DNA of 64,000 nucleotides, taken from positions 21,261 to 85,260 of the IMG/VR virus record IMGVR_UViG_3300005077_000026, one strand, 5' to 3'. Made by a program: the position numbers and the translations under genes. Source of the stretch: a virus. Its lineage: Duplodnaviria > Caudoviricetes. The notes under the pieces are model-generated. The model was not told the origin of the DNA. It did not search any database and saw only the letters and a list, made by a program, of their open reading frames with translations. Shown in pieces: positions 18,456 through 28,013 of this stretch. The first letter of the stretch is position 1; each line of letters starts with the position of its first letter.

Positions 18456-18934
18456 AGTTGCACCTCCCAAGATTCCATCTCCGCTCGATCCCCGAAAGAC
18501 TTCACTCGATCAGCTCCGTTCCGATAGCCCATTGCAAAATACTCCATAACGGTCTTCGGAACTGGCTTGATGCCCAACAACTGACCATCCTCGGTGAAGC
18601 TTGCCCCGTAGATGGAAAGCAAGACAGCAAGATCCTGTATCAGCCCGTAAGGATCCTTCTTGTATTCTTCCGTTAAGATCAGAATACACTGATTGTAAAA
18701 CTGGGCAACAGCGTAGTCGGGAATGATCTCAACCTCCTTGTTGGCGTCCATCATCTCAGACCACGACTGTCTCAGCTTGGGATCAGCTTTGGGAACGAAC
18801 TTGTTCACCGAGATTCCCACAGCCTTGCCAGAAGCGTATCCGAGTGCCTGATGATGAGCAGTGTCTTGAATCTGCCCCCCGATGCACCCGGAAACCAGGA
18901 AAACCGCCAATACCAACCAGAGCCATTTCTTCAT
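18440..18934 (-). CDS. lipoprotein (possibly lysis or outer-membrane associated)
   Basis: MKKWLWLVLAVFLVSG-C lipobox. Confidence 0.6.
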   Translation of the reverse strand: MKKWLWLVLAVFLVSGCIGGQIQDTAHHQALGYASGKAVGISVNKFVPKADPKLRQSWSEMMDANKEVEIIPDYAVAQFYNQCILILTEEYKKDPYGLIQDLAVLLSIYGASFTEDGQLLGIKPVPKTVMEYFAMGYRNGADRVKSFGDRAEMESWEVQLCSGS

Positions 18935-18989
18935 TTCAGCCTCCTTCCCCTTTTAGGGGATTGTGTTTTTGGAGAGCCCCAATGGGCCC

Positions 18990-19472
18990 TCACGGTGTTT
19001 GTTTCCCACCACTGCTATTTATTTTCTTTTCGACATCGGACACTCGGGAGGAAAGGTTGTTAACTGACCACTTCAATTCCAGCATGCCCTCTTTTAAAGA
19101 TTCTCGATGGTTGTCAATGGCAGTGATTCTTTGGTGTATTACAGTTACCTTCTCTTTTATATCTTCGTTCTGTGCCTTCACGGCTTCACCAAACGAGCTA
19201 AACCACCATCCCCCCGCTGCCAGCATCAATCCAAATGCAGAAATGAACATCCAGCGGGGCACAAATGAAGAATGGGCTTTGGCTTGAGTGTCCATCCTTT
19301 TATCCACCTTGTCAACGTCTAATTTTACTTCTTCTACTTTCTCAAGAATGTCCTCACGGTTAGCTTTCCGATCAGCCGCAAGATGTTCCCAAAGTAGATC
19401 ACAGTTTGGACATTTCATTTTGTCGTATCCCCTTCGGCCAGGTCCCGTTCTCTCAATTTCTTCTCTTTCCAT
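18990..19472 (-). CDS. single-pass membrane protein with coiled coils
   Basis: TM segment WMFISAFGLMLAAGGWWF flanked by heptads. Confidence 0.55.
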   Translation of the reverse strand: MEREEIERTGPGRRGYDKMKCPNCDLLWEHLAADRKANREDILEKVEEVKLDVDKVDKRMDTQAKAHSSFVPRWMFISAFGLMLAAGGWWFSSFGEAVKAQNEDIKEKVTVIHQRITAIDNHRESLKEGMLELKWSVNNLSSRVSDVEKKINSSGGKQTP

Positions 19473-19473
19473 T

Positions 19474-20118
19474 TTAGGCTCCTACTATTCCATCGAATAG
19501 GATTTTGTACAAATCAGGACGCTTGTTCCAAGCATCGTAGTGATCCTCAGGAGTCACTCCCTTCCACCCTTTACAGGTAGTGGAGCAATCATATCCCGTC
19601 TCCAATCCCGCAACTATGTCAAACTGTGCCCAGAGTTCAGAGCAGACTGGCCAATCACCATGTAGAGTAAAAGACGACCATCGGAAGGGAACGGGACGGC
19701 TGAGGACTTTCTTATAGAAAAACCCCCTGAGCATGTCGGTTGCTAAGAGGGCTATTCTTGGAGCGGGGTAAATCTGACCCACATTGTCTTCTACTTCTTT
19801 TATCCCAATAGCGTATAGATCAGAGGTGAGATGGAGATGGCGGGCTATGATGACCTGTTTTCCTATGTATTCTCTAAGGTGGGAATAACTGATTTTCCAC
19901 AAGGACTCTATTGTGGTTCCGTCTGTCACGAATAGTGGAAAGGAGGTCTTTACAAACCCCCCGATATGATTGATGGGACAAAGATCATCCCCCTCTAAAT
20001 TCTGCCCAAATCGAATCGCCCTCGAAAGCAACCCATCTGACTTTGTGCCAAATCGATCACCAGGAGACAGAAGTGGCAGAATTTCTGAAAGGGGGGTAGA
20101 GTTCATAATCAGCTCCAA
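19474..20118 (-). CDS. permuted papain-like NlpC/P60 amidase (YiiX/YaeF type)
   Basis: His (INHIGG) precedes Cys (VCSELW); LLPGDRF-like and IESL motifs. Confidence 0.65.
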   Translation of the reverse strand: MELIMNSTPLSEILPLLSPGDRFGTKSDGLLSRAIRFGQNLEGDDLCPINHIGGFVKTSFPLFVTDGTTIESLWKISYSHLREYIGKQVIIARHLHLTSDLYAIGIKEVEDNVGQIYPAPRIALLATDMLRGFFYKKVLSRPVPFRWSSFTLHGDWPVCSELWAQFDIVAGLETGYDCSTTCKGWKGVTPEDHYDAWNKRPDLYKILFDGIVGA

Positions 20119-21116
20119 TTTTTAGCCCATTGATGGATAGTCTGAACCTGCTGCGACTCTATTAACCTTCTGTGATCATTACATTTTATTTTAACATCAG
20201 TGAGCATATTTTGCAATACCTCACTCCTCCCCTTTGCATGTTTTGTAAACAATGCTGCCCAATCATCTCCCCCATATAAGTAGGCAGCGATTATTTTGTT
20301 TCTAACATAATCATCATAGATCCAATGGTAACCCCTTCTATCTCCATGATGAAACAGGGTGCCGTGGGGGAAAATCCATTTCTTCATTCCCAGCACCGCC
20401 ATCGTAAAGTTTAAAAAATTTTCTCCTCCCCCATAGATTCCCAACTCTTTTGGCCAACCCCCAAGCTTTGCCAGCTCCTCTCTGCCTATCATCACTCCAC
20501 AGCAACTCATGCAGGGGACTTCAAAGGGCTGTTCTTGGTGTCTATAGGGAGTAAAGGAATAAGCACATTCTCCTTGATCGGGGTTCCACACAAACTTGTA
20601 TATCAGTCTATGAGCTTCAAGCAGCTTGTAAGTAACGGGGAGATGCAAGGAGCCATTAAGGGTTGAACGTTCCTTCTCGTAGTGACAGAACATATCGAAG
20701 ATTGAGTTGCGACTCGGGATGCAGTGCCCATCGCTGAAAAAGAAGATATCCCCTTCCGCCTTCGCCACTGCATAGTTTTTTGCTTGCCAATGACTCAGCT
20801 TGTCCGAGTAGACCACATACTTCAACCAAGGGTTTATCCGAGAACAAGCTTTGACTACCTCCCCTCCCTTGTCTTTTACAAAGGGGTTTTTGAAGTGATC
20901 TAAAACCCCATTGATCACTTCCTTGCTCACACCAAGCTTTACAGCAGCAGCCTCTACCTCAGGCTCCCTTTGTCTTTCCACTTGCACACAATAATTATCC
21001 ACAGCAAGGATCTCAAAATCACATCTCCCCTGCAACTCCTGCGCTATGCTCTGAATAGTAGACTGAATAAGGGGATCCTCATTGACAAAGGGGATTATCA
21101 CCGAAAGCTTAGTCAT
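20109..21116 (-). CDS. glycosyltransferase family 2
   Basis: LSVIIPFVNE, AVDN, IFFFSDGH, LGGW, YGGGE. Confidence 0.85.
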   Translation of the reverse strand: MTKLSVIIPFVNEDPLIQSTIQSIAQELQGRCDFEILAVDNYCVQVERQREPEVEAAAVKLGVSKEVINGVLDHFKNPFVKDKGGEVVKACSRINPWLKYVVYSDKLSHWQAKNYAVAKAEGDIFFFSDGHCIPSRNSIFDMFCHYEKERSTLNGSLHLPVTYKLLEAHRLIYKFVWNPDQGECAYSFTPYRHQEQPFEVPCMSCCGVMIGREELAKLGGWPKELGIYGGGENFLNFTMAVLGMKKWIFPHGTLFHHGDRRGYHWIYDDYVRNKIIAAYLYGGDDWAALFTKHAKGRSEVLQNMLTDVKIKCNDHRRLIESQQVQTIHQWAKNWS

Positions 21117-22023
21117 TTTTTCGTCTTCTCCTTAGATTGGAAATGTAGGTTTTGCGCTTCTTTACAGGAGGGGCAGTCGTTGTGGTAGTCGAAGTGGTAG
21201 TGGTAGTCGAGGTAGTTGAAGTAGTGGTCAATACTGGGTCTTTGCTAAGGCAGATGGAATGCTGCCCACCTACAAGCATCTCCCCTTTTGACATCACAAA
21301 AGAAGTTCCAGACGCTTTGATGTTGAATCCCGCCAAGACTGCCATCCTATGCATCTGCATCAGCCCCACAACGAGACGGATAGCCCTGACTTTGGTTCCT
21401 TCCCCTCCCTCTCTGTACTGCACCTGCTGCCTGTTTTCTTCCGCAACATTGTCCATGTATTCTTTGAGGGTCTGCCTGTTCCTTGTTTTGCAGAGACGGG
21501 GGAAGTAGAGACGGGCAACCCCATTAGGACGCAGCTTCTTGTAAATCTCCCTCAAGTAAGCATCCAGAACATGAATGCCCTCAAAGCTACAGATTGTTAC
21601 CCAAGAGTAAATATAATCGAAATAGTTATCAGGGTACGGCAGCATCCCAGAGCCATCCACAGTGAGGGGGAAGCAACGCTTGGCCAGAGCCTGGCTGCGT
21701 CGAGTCCATTCAGGTCGAATAAAATAGAAACCCCTGTGAACATCGACCCCATGTGATTCCTCAAAATGCTTGGCAGCAGCAAACATCATGGCTCCACTAC
21801 CGTAGCCTATATCCAAGCATCTTGTCCTGTGTCTGATTAGTCCCTTGTCCAAGTCAAGAAACATGGAGTTAAAAATCTGTTCGGATTGAGTGAACACGGC
21901 ATTCGTATTCTCTCCCCCCTCAAAGAAGGTAAAGAATCGATCCCTGTTGCCCAATCTTGCGAGTTCTTCTACCTGATCTTTCCATCCTTTTACGGAACAA
22001 TTATACATGGCTAAGCCCTCCAA
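21109..22023 (-). CDS. class I SAM-dependent methyltransferase with a C-terminal Thr tract
   Basis: CLDIGYGSG, LPYPDNYFDYI, LRPNG; tail TTTSTTSTTTTTSTTTTTAPP. Confidence 0.8.
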   Translation of the reverse strand: MEGLAMYNCSVKGWKDQVEELARLGNRDRFFTFFEGGENTNAVFTQSEQIFNSMFLDLDKGLIRHRTRCLDIGYGSGAMMFAAAKHFEESHGVDVHRGFYFIRPEWTRRSQALAKRCFPLTVDGSGMLPYPDNYFDYIYSWVTICSFEGIHVLDAYLREIYKKLRPNGVARLYFPRLCKTRNRQTLKEYMDNVAEENRQQVQYREGGEGTKVRAIRLVVGLMQMHRMAVLAGFNIKASGTSFVMSKGEMLVGGQHSICLSKDPVLTTTSTTSTTTTTSTTTTTAPPVKKRKTYISNLRRRRKND

Positions 22024-22442
22024 AGTTCGAAATGTGGCCAGTCCGCAAACGATTCGCGAGGGTCAGCTTCCACTTCCACACCGTTTCTGTTCCAATCATT
22101 CCCCCACCTCAATTCCACCCCGACCTGACTTGCTGCCTCAAACATGGCCTTTTTGATTTCTCTAAATCCCTCTAAATTCTGCCAATCTATTTTTCCATTC
22201 ACATAGGGAACCAAATCTACAGCATGTCCGTATCCATCCCCCTGCTTCAAGTGCTTGCTTTTGAGAGTCTTCGACACTCCTTTGGTATATAACTCTGCTT
22301 GTTTCCCAATAGAGCGGATCCCCTCAATAACAACAAAATCCACAACAGAGATAGCAATAGCTCTCTCCACCACATCTACCAGCTTGGGGTGAACACCATC
22401 GAGTTTGGACCGACTAACAGCACCAATCGCAAATCCGCTCAT
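22011..22442 (-). CDS. endolysin, M15 L-Ala-D-Glu peptidase family
   Basis: LDGVHPKLV, EGIRS, SKH...GHAVDL, WGNDW, DWPHFEL. Confidence 0.9.
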   Translation of the reverse strand: MSGFAIGAVSRSKLDGVHPKLVDVVERAIAISVVDFVVIEGIRSIGKQAELYTKGVSKTLKSKHLKQGDGYGHAVDLVPYVNGKIDWQNLEGFREIKKAMFEAASQVGVELRWGNDWNRNGVEVEADPRESFADWPHFELWRA

Positions 22443-23167
22443 GCTGTTTTCTCCCATTCTGTAAAGAAAGCTTTGTTGCCTTTTTTCTGATATTTATTAT
22501 CAACCATCCATTTTCGTCCAATATCTTGAACAAAAACTGGAGAATTGTATTTGCCGTAAACACCCCAATCCCATTTAAGAACCTCTTGAGCAAGAATTCC
22601 GTGATGGAACTGCTTCTCAGGATTCTGGTTCAGATCGAACAGCTCCACGGCTCTTTTGACAAACTCTCCACGCAACAAAGAGGGGTGCCCACAGAATCCA
22701 GCACAGGACAGATCCTTTCGATCATGGTATTTGTAGTACTGCCCATTCCAGTCAAAGACTTTGTTCCAGTTTTTCATCCTGCCATTTCGGGCCTCAAACT
22801 GGGGAAGGCGGATACTGGCGAGGCTTGGGTTATCAAGTATCAAGGACAGCAATTCCCCCATATCTACTTCATGCAGCAATTTCCAATCGTCCTCTAAATT
22901 AAAAATGAAGGGGCGGTTCACATTTTGCCAAGTAGTATAAAAAGCCTTGGTAAAGTTAGCAGTTTTTGGGGTAAACATTAAATACTCTGAAAAAAACTCT
23001 CTCACCACAATAGCCACCTGCTGTTGTTCAGAAGGTCCCACAGGGTCGATATTTACAACTCCTCTGCACTTATAATTTCTAAACAGGTTGTGGGAAAAGC
23101 TGTACAGAGTTTCATAGAGAACTTCTGGTCTGCATGTGGCAGTTATGGTAACATCGATTTTGAACAC
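22439..23167 (-). CDS. GT-A fold glycosyltransferase (GT2-like)
   Basis: TITATCRPEVL...FIFNLEDDW (DxD-like)...HPSL...DIG. Confidence 0.7.
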   Translation of the reverse strand: MFKIDVTITATCRPEVLYETLYSFSHNLFRNYKCRGVVNIDPVGPSEQQQVAIVVREFFSEYLMFTPKTANFTKAFYTTWQNVNRPFIFNLEDDWKLLHEVDMGELLSLILDNPSLASIRLPQFEARNGRMKNWNKVFDWNGQYYKYHDRKDLSCAGFCGHPSLLRGEFVKRAVELFDLNQNPEKQFHHGILAQEVLKWDWGVYGKYNSPVFVQDIGRKWMVDNKYQKKGNKAFFTEWEKTA

Positions 23168-23772
23168 GGGCAGCCTCCTGCTGTAAAGTACATCAGGTTA
23201 TCGTAGTAAGCTTTTACCCCAGGCTTTTTGCTCCAGGGCTCCCATTTTCCTCTAAGAAAAAGCTCAGGTCTTAGACAGCGATTAAATCTGAATTTTTGGA
23301 ACAATGCTTCCCAATATTCAGGGGGCTGACAATTGACATGGTGGTGTCCACCTTGTCCAGGAGGGGCTGCGGAGATAAGAACACGATTGCTCAGTTGGGT
23401 CAAATTGTGAACAAAGGTGGTAGCATCTGACTCAGGCAAATGCTCTGCCACTTCAAAGCAGATACAAAGATCGATTTCCAGCTTTCCGGCATAGGGAATA
23501 ACTGTCCAATCAATTGGTTTCGTAATGTCCAGGAACAGCACTCTCTTTGACATGAGAAATTTTTCGGCCGCTGATGACCCCTCAATGCCAAATGCTTTGA
23601 TCCCTTTATCGATCATGTAGGCTACCAAATCAGCATTGGCACAACCCACATCCACAACAATCTCGGGACGGAAGAACTCGAGGATGGGATCACATACTAT
23701 AGGACAGCGCCAATTGAGTCTGTGCCGTCGAGCAAAGAATCTTTCACCATAGATGGTATCTAAGTTTTCCAT
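23143..23772 (-). CDS. class I SAM-dependent methyltransferase
   Basis: VVDVGCA, FGIEGS, DLCICFEVAEH, GGHHHVN. Confidence 0.85.
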   Translation of the reverse strand: MENLDTIYGERFFARRHRLNWRCPIVCDPILEFFRPEIVVDVGCANADLVAYMIDKGIKAFGIEGSSAAEKFLMSKRVLFLDITKPIDWTVIPYAGKLEIDLCICFEVAEHLPESDATTFVHNLTQLSNRVLISAAPPGQGGHHHVNCQPPEYWEALFQKFRFNRCLRPELFLRGKWEPWSKKPGVKAYYDNLMYFTAGGCPCSKSMLP

Positions 23773-24359
23773 GCCAGATGATGGTTACCTCGCTTCCTTA
23801 CAATCGTCATTCCCGCCCAGGGGCCGGGGAGGGTTAAAACTTCAAAATACCGAGAATTACTATCCGTGTGGGCTGGTCCCATCTCAAATTGAGTTGAAAC
23901 CATCTCAAAAAGATTATCAGCAAACTCCCAAGCATTGTGACAAAACCGGGGCTGCAGGAGTTCTTCCGTCACAGGATGGGTATCGTGCATCAGAATCAAA
24001 CCTGTTCCTGTCCTGACAAACTTCCCAATCTCAAAGAAGTCATGCTCCACAGTTTCCTTGTTGTGATCCCCATCGATGAAAAGCATATCGATCGGGTCTT
24101 TCCAAGTTTTGGCAAACTCTTGGCTGGGCATCTCATACAAACAAACATCTTTTACTTTGTAATTATCAACTGGTACATTAGGCATCGGATTGATATCTAC
24201 AGCCACCGCCGTCTCTATCTCTGGACAGTTGGCTATAATCTTATTGAACGTATAACCTTCAGCCACCCCTATTTCCACATAAGTCTTAGGGTGGTAAAGT
24301 TGAATGAGATTTATAATCAGTGGAACAAACTCATTCCTGCGGTACTTTTGAATATGCAT
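23760..24359 (-). CDS. class I SAM-dependent methyltransferase (Methyltransf_24-like)
   Basis: YVEIGVAEG, AVDI, DMLFIDGDH, LMHD. Confidence 0.85.
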   Translation of the reverse strand: MHIQKYRRNEFVPLIINLIQLYHPKTYVEIGVAEGYTFNKIIANCPEIETAVAVDINPMPNVPVDNYKVKDVCLYEMPSQEFAKTWKDPIDMLFIDGDHNKETVEHDFFEIGKFVRTGTGLILMHDTHPVTEELLQPRFCHNAWEFADNLFEMVSTQFEMGPAHTDSNSRYFEVLTLPGPWAGMTIVRKRGNHHLAWKT

Positions 24360-24367
24360 AATCCACC

Positions 24368-24877
24368 TCAAGAGTGCATGAGAATAAAGCGTTCAACATT
24401 ATCTGAAAGTAAAGTCTCCATGTACTTTCTGATCTTCCTATCGTCCCATTCCCACCACTTTATTTTTAGGAGCTGTTTTATCTGATCAGGCCCGAATCTG
24501 AATCGGAGTAGCTTGCAGGGGTTTCCGAAGTTTAAAGAGTAGGGCTCCAGCTTTCCCCGAACAACACTGCCTGCCCCAATGATTGCCCCATCCCCCACTT
24601 CACAATCTCCCACGAAAGCCACATTCTGCCCAATCCAGACATCGTTGCCTATCGTGGTTTTATAGACTACAGGGTGCCCTTGAATTTCATAAGCTTCCCT
24701 GTAAATCTTTCTGAACTTCTTTGAGGAGAAGGGGAACGTAGTTACCCATCTCACATTATGTCCAAACATGATTGCTGTTACACCACTTGCTATCGAACAA
24801 AAATTACCAACTTCTACTATTCCCTGCCCAATTAGTTCGATAGTCCCGTAAGTTGCTCTTCCATAGATAACGGGCAT
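24368..24877 (-). CDS. hexapeptide-repeat O-acetyltransferase (CatB/Vat-like fold)
   Basis: VGNFCSIASGV, VTTFPF, IGNDVWIG, VGDGAIIGAGSVV, GNP, KIKWWEW. Confidence 0.85.
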   Translation of the reverse strand: MPVIYGRATYGTIELIGQGIVEVGNFCSIASGVTAIMFGHNVRWVTTFPFSSKKFRKIYREAYEIQGHPVVYKTTIGNDVWIGQNVAFVGDCEVGDGAIIGAGSVVRGKLEPYSLNFGNPCKLLRFRFGPDQIKQLLKIKWWEWDDRKIRKYMETLLSDNVERFILMHS

Positions 24878-25593
24878 CGTTCGATCCTTTTCAAATTCTG
24901 AATTTTATCAGATTGTTTCATGGAAAGACAGAAATGGATGTTTTCCCAATTCTGCCTTTCCACCATTCTGTTTATATTGTCCCCTGTTCTGCTGATGCTC
25001 TCCCCTGTCAAATGCCAGATGTGATTTCCCCAATCTTTGAACCAAGAACAGCCCCCCGTCTTTGTGTGAAACCAAATCCAATCGTCCCCGTGAAATTGCT
25101 TTATTAAATGACAGGGGATGGGGGGAACCAAATTCCTGGCTTTCCTGCTCATTGTAAAGCACCACCCCTCTCGCTTCCTTACCCAAACAAGCTTGAAGGG
25201 CCCTGTGCCGGGACGACTAAAAGAGGTGCGCTCAAATTCTATTGTATTGGGACATACAACCCCAATAGTTCTTTTCCCCGAAGCATCAAAGGTCTGTAGC
25301 ACTCTCTTAAAGAAATGCTTATTCAAAATGATATCATCATTGTAAATGCCCACAAAATCTGCATCTCTGCTTGCTTTCTTCAGTCCCAGATTCCATGACT
25401 CATTTACTTGTTTTGTCCTGCTCTTAAAGACATCTACTTGAAACTTGTTTGTGGGTGGTATAAATGGAGTCTTTCCATCCGTATTGTCGATAACTATCAG
25501 TCTGGTGGGAAGTACAGAGTTTCCCAAGATAGAATCGAAAAAGTTATGGAAATTGTGGGTAAATAGAACTGGCACCATGACTTCGAATTTCAT
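24832..25593 (-). CDS. glycosyltransferase family 2
   Basis: VMVPV, IVIDN, VNESWNLG, IYNDD, HGDDWI. Confidence 0.8.
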   Translation of the reverse strand: MKFEVMVPVLFTHNFHNFFDSILGNSVLPTRLIVIDNTDGKTPFIPPTNKFQVDVFKSRTKQVNESWNLGLKKASRDADFVGIYNDDIILNKHFFKRVLQTFDASGKRTIGVVCPNTIEFERTSFSRPGTGPFKLVWVRKREGWCFTMSRKARNLVPPIPCHLIKQFHGDDWIWFHTKTGGCSWFKDWGNHIWHLTGESISRTGDNINRMVERQNWENIHFCLSMKQSDKIQNLKRIERCPLSMEEQLTGLSN

Positions 25594-26696
25594 AACTTGC
25601 TGCCCACCTTTTTATCCTGAAGCATATAGAAGAACATTCCCATCCTATCTGTTATCCTCTTCAAACTCATGTGCTCATCATAGTAATTTCTGACCAGCAC
25701 ATTAACCAAATTGCCCTCCTGTCGAATTTGCTGCCAGTAATTGAAAACAACATCTGATGCCTTCGATATGTCTTTCCAGTTAATGTTTTTGCAAAACTGC
25801 TGATCCCAAACAAGGGGGTGATGCCTGGACATTCTGGCAACACTAATAGGGAGACCACAGGCCAATGCTTCGATGGGGCCTCTGTCATTCTGCCCGCTCT
25901 CACCTGCATAGATGAATACTGTACATTGTGACATAAGGAGAGCGAGGTCCTGGCGCGATATCATCCCCGGCATATCGACATCAAGCCCCGACGAGATCAC
26001 GTTTTGGGGGATGGCTCCTGTTTCGACACCCCTCAGAAATCTCCCCGGCATCACACATTTCAAATTCACGTTGTATCGATTCTTTATCACATCCAGAGCA
26101 TAGACCATTCTCCACTGGCCCTTCTTATCATGGATGTGGCTCGCTCCAATACAAATGTCATACTTTTTCTTGGTCTGAAGGGGGACAGAACGAAAGATGC
26201 TCTCATTGGTGGGCTTCACAAAGTCAAAATAGAATCTCCCCAGTCCATCCGCATAGCTTTTCCCGGACAGGTCATCAAAAATAACGTCCCAAAACTTCCA
26301 CCTCGACCTCCCCGAATTAGCTGCATATAAGCAGAGCCAGTGTTTCCCCTTTTTCTCTGCCAAATAATCGTGCCAACTTCTCCACCCCCCTCTTGCCCAG
26401 ATTATATCCCCAGGTCGAAGATACTTATCGACACATCTAATATGGGGCACCACGTGACAGTCAATCCCCTTTTCATACTGAAGGTGCCCAGGGTTTCGGG
26501 TGGTCTCAATAAAAATGAGGATGTTGTCAAAAACACCCAAATCCTTAAGGGCTTTCAGCAAACAGAAGTAGCCTTCTGATGGGAGATTGTGAGCAAAATG
26601 GTTGCTTGTGGGTTGGTGGGGATTGTATTCGCAAATGTCGGGACTCTGTGCCCCACCATCATTCACATATAGAAAAATGAGATTCCGAGAAGCCAT
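25590..26696 (-). CDS. GT-B fold glycosyltransferase (GT4-like, degenerate ExxxxxxxE)
   Basis: KKGQ (K..Q), PGMISRQDL, GPIEALACG. Confidence 0.7.
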   Translation of the reverse strand: MASRNLIFLYVNDGGAQSPDICEYNPHQPTSNHFAHNLPSEGYFCLLKALKDLGVFDNILIFIETTRNPGHLQYEKGIDCHVVPHIRCVDKYLRPGDIIWARGGWRSWHDYLAEKKGKHWLCLYAANSGRSRWKFWDVIFDDLSGKSYADGLGRFYFDFVKPTNESIFRSVPLQTKKKYDICIGASHIHDKKGQWRMVYALDVIKNRYNVNLKCVMPGRFLRGVETGAIPQNVISSGLDVDMPGMISRQDLALLMSQCTVFIYAGESGQNDRGPIEALACGLPISVARMSRHHPLVWDQQFCKNINWKDISKASDVVFNYWQQIRQEGNLVNVLVRNYYDEHMSLKRITDRMGMFFYMLQDKKVGSKL

Positions 26697-26704
26697 CTTC
26701 CCAC

Positions 26705-27964
26705 CTATTTGTTGTGCAGAACAGCGTTCATCACAGGGGCGTAGTGCTGCATATAGAGGCTGTGCAGGTTGTAGCGTTGACGGCAGAAGGTTTTAGTCTG
26801 AAACATCTCATTCTCCTTCAACCTCCCAGCAATCACTTTTGCCACCTCTTGATAATACAACGGGTGAGGCTTTTCGAAGTTCACCTCGAATGACCCGAAT
26901 TCGAAATACAGGGCATTGTGCCCAGTTATTTCCAGCTGGTTATAGAGGCTGCGATTCAGAACCAAGAAGTTCCCTGCAAGAGCAGCCTCAGGAACCACCA
27001 GTCCGAAGCTCTCTTCCCTTGTGGGAAAGATGAACAGGTTGGACAAAAGGAAAATCTCGCTGATCATCTTGTGGGGAATCCCCACTTCGAATTCCTTCTT
27101 GATATCGGGAGTCCAGAGAACTTCCTTCTCCGTCAGACCCATGTCGGCTGCTTGCTTCTTATAAACCCCTATATCCTGTTTCTGTCTCTGGGTTGTTGCC
27201 CACTGAGCAGCCACGATCAAACACACCTTGAACCCCATCCCCTTCAAATAGCTGAATATTTCAATCACCTCCCCAACTCTTTTAGCGTGGAGCCTATCCA
27301 CACTCGCAGGAAGGAGCTGCAAGATATCAGCTTCCATTATTTGAGGGTTTTTGTTGACAAAATCTTTGGTGTCTTGAGAGAACTGAAAGTAGGTTGTGGG
27401 GTCTTTGATGTGAGGAATGATTCGGACATGGTCTGACCATCCATGATATTTTTCTGCAACCAGGGTCCTGTTCACTTCACAGGGGAAAACGATCTTGTTA
27501 TTTGGGCCCATCTGTTGAATACGCCACCAGTCGTGATCTGGACCCCCCGGCAGACTGTGGATCCAATGCAAGAATTGAACATTGGGCAGGCCGAATCCCA
27601 CCTTCTTGATTCCCAAGAAGTAGGGAAGATTCCATCCAGTAAAGATCCAATCGTGTGTAAACACCACTTTGTATTGAGCCAGCTCCTTTGTAAAAACGTC
27701 CACCGTTTTCTGCACTACGGGGCGGTGCTCTGGCTTCAATTCATTCTGGGATTTGTAATCGTGCAGATGGCAAAAGGGCACCATCTTCTTGATCGACATT
27801 CCCTCCGGCACGGGGTAGCTCTTTTCGTTAAAGTTCTCATTGACAAAGACATCTACCTGGTGCCCATGGTTGGTGAGCATTTGCCATTGGTCCTTAACGA
27901 TGCCCGTAAGACTGTACCCTGGGATGAACTCGCTAAAACTGGTGAGAATTGCAATCGGAAACAT
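26705..27964 (-). CDS. glycosyltransferase family 4
   Basis: HQVDV, FTHD, KRV, FIFPTREESFGLVVPEA (intact E-X7-E). Confidence 0.85.
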   Translation of the reverse strand: MFPIAILTSFSEFIPGYSLTGIVKDQWQMLTNHGHQVDVFVNENFNEKSYPVPEGMSIKKMVPFCHLHDYKSQNELKPEHRPVVQKTVDVFTKELAQYKVVFTHDWIFTGWNLPYFLGIKKVGFGLPNVQFLHWIHSLPGGPDHDWWRIQQMGPNNKIVFPCEVNRTLVAEKYHGWSDHVRIIPHIKDPTTYFQFSQDTKDFVNKNPQIMEADILQLLPASVDRLHAKRVGEVIEIFSYLKGMGFKVCLIVAAQWATTQRQKQDIGVYKKQAADMGLTEKEVLWTPDIKKEFEVGIPHKMISEIFLLSNLFIFPTREESFGLVVPEAALAGNFLVLNRSLYNQLEITGHNALYFEFGSFEVNFEKPHPLYYQEVAKVIAGRLKENEMFQTKTFCRQRYNLHSLYMQHYAPVMNAVLHNK

Positions 27965-28013
27965 TCGGATTCTCCTTTCCAAGAGATTGGGCTGTGCTTA
28001 CTGAATCTGATTC

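Noticed and set aside
21109-24359. DNA methyltransferases of a restriction-modification system
   Set aside because: No DPPY/NPPY or PC catalytic motifs; motifs fit small-molecule or glycan class I methyltransferases.
24368-24877. Antibiotic-resistance gene (cat/vat)
   Set aside because: The hexapeptide fold is shared by many O-acetyltransferases, and the position among glycosyl- and methyltransferases points to sugar acetylation.
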